The position numbers were made by a program, and so were the translations under genes. Shown one piece after another: positions 38,932 through 41,406 of a DNA stretch of 41,406 bases (within the stretch, counting starts at the first letter, position 1; every line of letters begins with the position of its first letter). Under the pieces are notes generated by a model. The model ran no database searches, had not been told where the DNA came from, and was given only the letters and a program-made list of their open reading frames with translations. The stretch spans positions 1,212-42,617 of the forward strand of contig CAKKQA010000067.1 in assembly GCA_919901925.1 (NCBI GenBank), written 5' to 3'. Origin of the DNA: Omnitrophica bacterium GWA2_41_15 (GTDB taxonomy: Bacteria > Omnitrophota > Gorgyraeia > Gygaellales > UBA12090).

Positions 38932-39474
38932 TTAACTTTTTTTATCTTTTATCTGATTTAACACGATCACTAATTTATTCAAAGCCCCTTGCAGAGTAAA
39001 TACCAAGCCGGCAAGGGGAGATTTTATCGACATAACTACCTGCGCGCGCAATTCATCTTTAGAAGGAAGGGCAGCGATAGACTCGATATCTTTTTTCTCT
39101 AAAATGCGATTGCCGAAAAACGCGCCATTCAGGGAAAGGGCGGGATTTTCTTTAGCGAATTTAACCAGGGATTTAGAAATCGCGCTGATATCTTCGCAAG
39201 AAAATATAACTGCCGTCGGGCCTTTAACAAACTGGCTTACGCCTTCGATGTTGGATGATTTTAACGCCCTGTTTATAAGCGTATTTTTAGTAACAAAAAC
39301 CCTGCTTTTAACCAGCCTTAAGCTATTCCTTAAAGAAGTCATCTGGACGCTGGATAAGCCGGAATACTGGGCCATAAAAATGATATCCGAAGATTTCATA
39401 TCCTGCTTTAATTTCTCTTCTGTCGTGGCGCGAAAGAACCTTCCAATGTTATCTTGAGACTTTTCTTTTTTCAT
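38932..39474 (-). CDS. rplJ: 50S ribosomal protein L10
   Basis: YSGL, KNTL, GPTA, ALPSKDEL; start set at ATG 39474 (ATGA overlap with rplA). Confidence 0.94.
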   Translation of the reverse strand: MKKEKSQDNIGRFFRATTEEKLKQDMKSSDIIFMAQYSGLSSVQMTSLRNSLRLVKSRVFVTKNTLINRALKSSNIEGVSQFVKGPTAVIFSCEDISAISKSLVKFAKENPALSLNGAFFGNRILEKKDIESIAALPSKDELRAQVVMSIKSPLAGLVFTLQGALNKLVIVLNQIKDKKS

Positions 39475-40157
39475 AGCTCTAATGTGCATCCCGGGCTCAT
39501 AGATGCCGATATTGATATTGATTTTATGAAATCGCCTTTTACAGTCGTGGGCCTGGAAGCCTTAATAGCTTCTAATATCTTAGAAGCGTTATCGATTATC
39601 TCGGCCTCGGTAAAGTTTATCTTGCCCACCGGAACTTGTATGCCTCCCTGTTTATCAACTTTAAATTCAATCTTACCGCCTCTGATATCTTTTACTGCTT
39701 GAGCCACGTTATTGGTTACTGTGCCTGTCTTAGGGCTGGGCATAAGCCCGCGCGGCCCTAAAATTTTGCCTAAGCGGCTTAAATCTTTCATCATTTCCGG
39801 AGTAGCTACAGCCGAATCAAAATCCATGAATCCGCCTGCCACTTTCTCAATTAACTCTACTCCTCCTATATAATCCGCGCCTGCCGCTTGGGCTTCCTTC
39901 TCGTGTTCACCTTTACAGAACACCGCGACCCGCACGGTTTTTCCTGTCCCATGAGGCAAAGTAACTGTGCCGCGGACCAACTGGTCTGTTTTCTTAGTAT
40001 CGATATTTAAATGGAAGATTAAATCTACCGTTTGGTTAAACTTTGTAGCCGGCATCTTTTTTAACAGGGCTACTGCTTCTATTAAAGAGTATGCCTTATT
40101 TTTGTCTACGAGTTTTTCAGCTTCCTGAAATCTTTTACCGGCTTGTTTCTTGCGCAT
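39471..40157 (-). CDS. rplA: 50S ribosomal protein L1
   Basis: VRGTVTLPHGTG, LGPRGLMPSPKTGTVT. Confidence 0.98.
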   Translation of the reverse strand: MRKKQAGKRFQEAEKLVDKNKAYSLIEAVALLKKMPATKFNQTVDLIFHLNIDTKKTDQLVRGTVTLPHGTGKTVRVAVFCKGEHEKEAQAAGADYIGGVELIEKVAGGFMDFDSAVATPEMMKDLSRLGKILGPRGLMPSPKTGTVTNNVAQAVKDIRGGKIEFKVDKQGGIQVPVGKINFTEAEIIDNASKILEAIKASRPTTVKGDFIKSISISASMSPGCTLEL

Positions 40158-40160
40158 TGT

Positions 40161-40589
40161 CTATCCCTCTATCGCGATGCCCATACTGCGGGCTGTACCT
40201 TCGACCATCTTGGCCGCTTTCTGCATGTCTTCGCTGTTTAAATCTTTTAGTTTAAGTTTTACAATCTCCTCAATCTGCTTACGGTTCACCGTGCCTATTT
40301 TCTCCTTACCTGCCTGGCCGGAAGCTTTGGCTAAGTTTGCCGCGCGTTTTAATAATACGGATGTCGGAGGGCTTTTTATAATAAAATCAAATGATTTATC
40401 TTCATAAACGTTTATTACGACAGGGACTATCAATCCTTCCCTGCCTTTAGTCTGTTCGTTAAACTGCTTGCAGAACTGCATGATGTTTACGCCATGCTGG
40501 CCCAATGCCGGGCCTACCGGCGGCGCGGGATTCGCGGCTCCCGCGGAAACATGCAGTTTAATCTGAGCTGTAATTTTCTTCTTTGCCAT
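40161..40589 (-). CDS. rplK: 50S ribosomal protein L11
   Basis: [29 protein letters not shown]. Confidence 0.98.
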   Translation of the reverse strand: MAKKKITAQIKLHVSAGAANPAPPVGPALGQHGVNIMQFCKQFNEQTKGREGLIVPVVINVYEDKSFDFIIKSPPTSVLLKRAANLAKASGQAGKEKIGTVNRKQIEEIVKLKLKDLNSEDMQKAAKMVEGTARSMGIAIEG

Positions 40590-40590
40590 T

Positions 40591-41121
40591 TTAAGTCTTC
40601 TCCACCTGCCAATACTCTAATTCTACCGGTGTCATGCGGCCAAAAATAGAAACGTTTACTTTTAGCTTGCCTTTTTCCGGCCTGATCTCTTCGATCGTGC
40701 CGTTAAAATTCAAAAACGGCCCTTCGATAACCCTTACCTGTTCGCCTTTTTCAAAAATTGTTTTTGGGCTCGGGCGGGATTGGGTTTCTTCTGTCTTTTT
40801 TAAAATATTCTCGACATCTATATCCGGCAGTGACGACGGCTGCCTTCCCAAACCGATAAAACCTGTTACCCCGGGCGTGGTTTTGACTAAAAGATACGTG
40901 CGTTCGTTTAATTCCATTTCCAGAAGCAGGTATCCCGGGAAAAACTTTCTCTGTGTAACCCTTTTTTTTCCGCTGCGCACTTCGGATACCTGTTCAGTAG
41001 GTATCATTATCTTGCCCATCGAATCTTTTACAACGCTGGCAGCAATGCGCTTTTCTAAGTTTATTTTAACTTTGTCTTCCAACCCTGTCTGGGTATGTAC
41101 TACGTACCACTTTTTTGTCAT
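40591..41121 (-). CDS. nusG: Transcription factor NusG
   Basis: [28 protein letters not shown]. Confidence 0.98.
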   Translation of the reverse strand: MTKKWYVVHTQTGLEDKVKINLEKRIAASVVKDSMGKIMIPTEQVSEVRSGKKRVTQRKFFPGYLLLEMELNERTYLLVKTTPGVTGFIGLGRQPSSLPDIDVENILKKTEETQSRPSPKTIFEKGEQVRVIEGPFLNFNGTIEEIRPEKGKLKVNVSIFGRMTPVELEYWQVEKT

Positions 41122-41303
41122 TTTATTAGAAAGGTCAAGAACTTGGAAAGGCTGAAATCAACAACTCCTATGTAAACTGCCAGTATTGTGGTGATTACAA
41201 TAACCACAAGGGTGGCGCCCATAAGTTCTTGGCGTGTTGACCAGGAAACCTTGCCTAATTCCACTTTTACTTCGGTAAAAAAGCCTTTTATTTTACTAAC
41301 CAT
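41118..41303 (-). CDS. secE: Preprotein translocase SecE
   Basis: ELGKVSW followed by one TM helix; start set at ATG 41303. Confidence 0.93.
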   Translation of the reverse strand: MVSKIKGFFTEVKVELGKVSWSTRQELMGATLVVIVITTILAVYIGVVDFSLSKFLTFLIK

Positions 41304-41356
41304 TTTTCTTGCTTTACCCGGGAGAAAACCCACACCCCCTTGATTCAAGTTTCAAG

Positions 41357-41406
41357 CAGGGGCGGAGGGACTTGAACCCCCAGGACGGGATTTGGAGTCT
41401 CGCCGT
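41357..41406 (-). tRNA. trpT: tRNA-Trp(CCA), 3' portion (5' end outside window)
   Basis: Minus strand: CGAGA-CTCCAAA-TCCCG anticodon arm, GGGGG-TTCAAGT-CCCTC T arm, acceptor strand CGCCCCT plus discriminator G; canonical position upstream of secE; 3' CCA not encoded. Confidence 0.93.

Noticed and set aside
13389-41121. TGA recoding (genetic code 4 or 25)
   Set aside because: TGA terminates infA, secY, rplF, fusA, rplA and secE at the expected ends, and no conserved gene is interrupted.
1214-41155. Numerous plus-strand ORFs in the track
   Set aside because: They are antisense shadows of conserved minus-strand genes or run through repeats, with no recognisable motifs.

Overview
Bacterial housekeeping region with every gene on the minus strand. 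In transcription order (right to left) it holds the 3' part of tRNA-Trp, secE-nusG-rplKAJL-rpoBC, the str cluster (rpsLG-fusA-tuf), the S10, spc (no rpmD/L30) and alpha clusters in one unbroken run. A metabolic block follows: aspC-like aminotransferase, LeuC-type large subunit, pilT, LeuD-type small subunit, IDH-like dehydrogenase, mdh, lpdA, lipB, a stand-alone lipoyl domain, and a lipoprotein running off the left edge. The divergent ribosomal proteins and loss of L30 suggest a PVC-superphylum organism such as Omnitrophota; this is inference, not checked. The unusual feature is the non-coding DNA. Almost every spacer longer than about 45 bp holds a palindromic element, from at least six families: 8-mer inverted arrays (8 copies), 7-mer inverted arrays (4), CGTC-type nested palindromes (4), GTAG-type REPs (7 sites), a tandem 116-bp palindrome and a GGGGTCAGG element, plus unique long hairpins. 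Many of these elements supply the stop codon or last codons of the upstream gene and end a few nt before the next ATG. No transposase or nuclease is encoded in the window.
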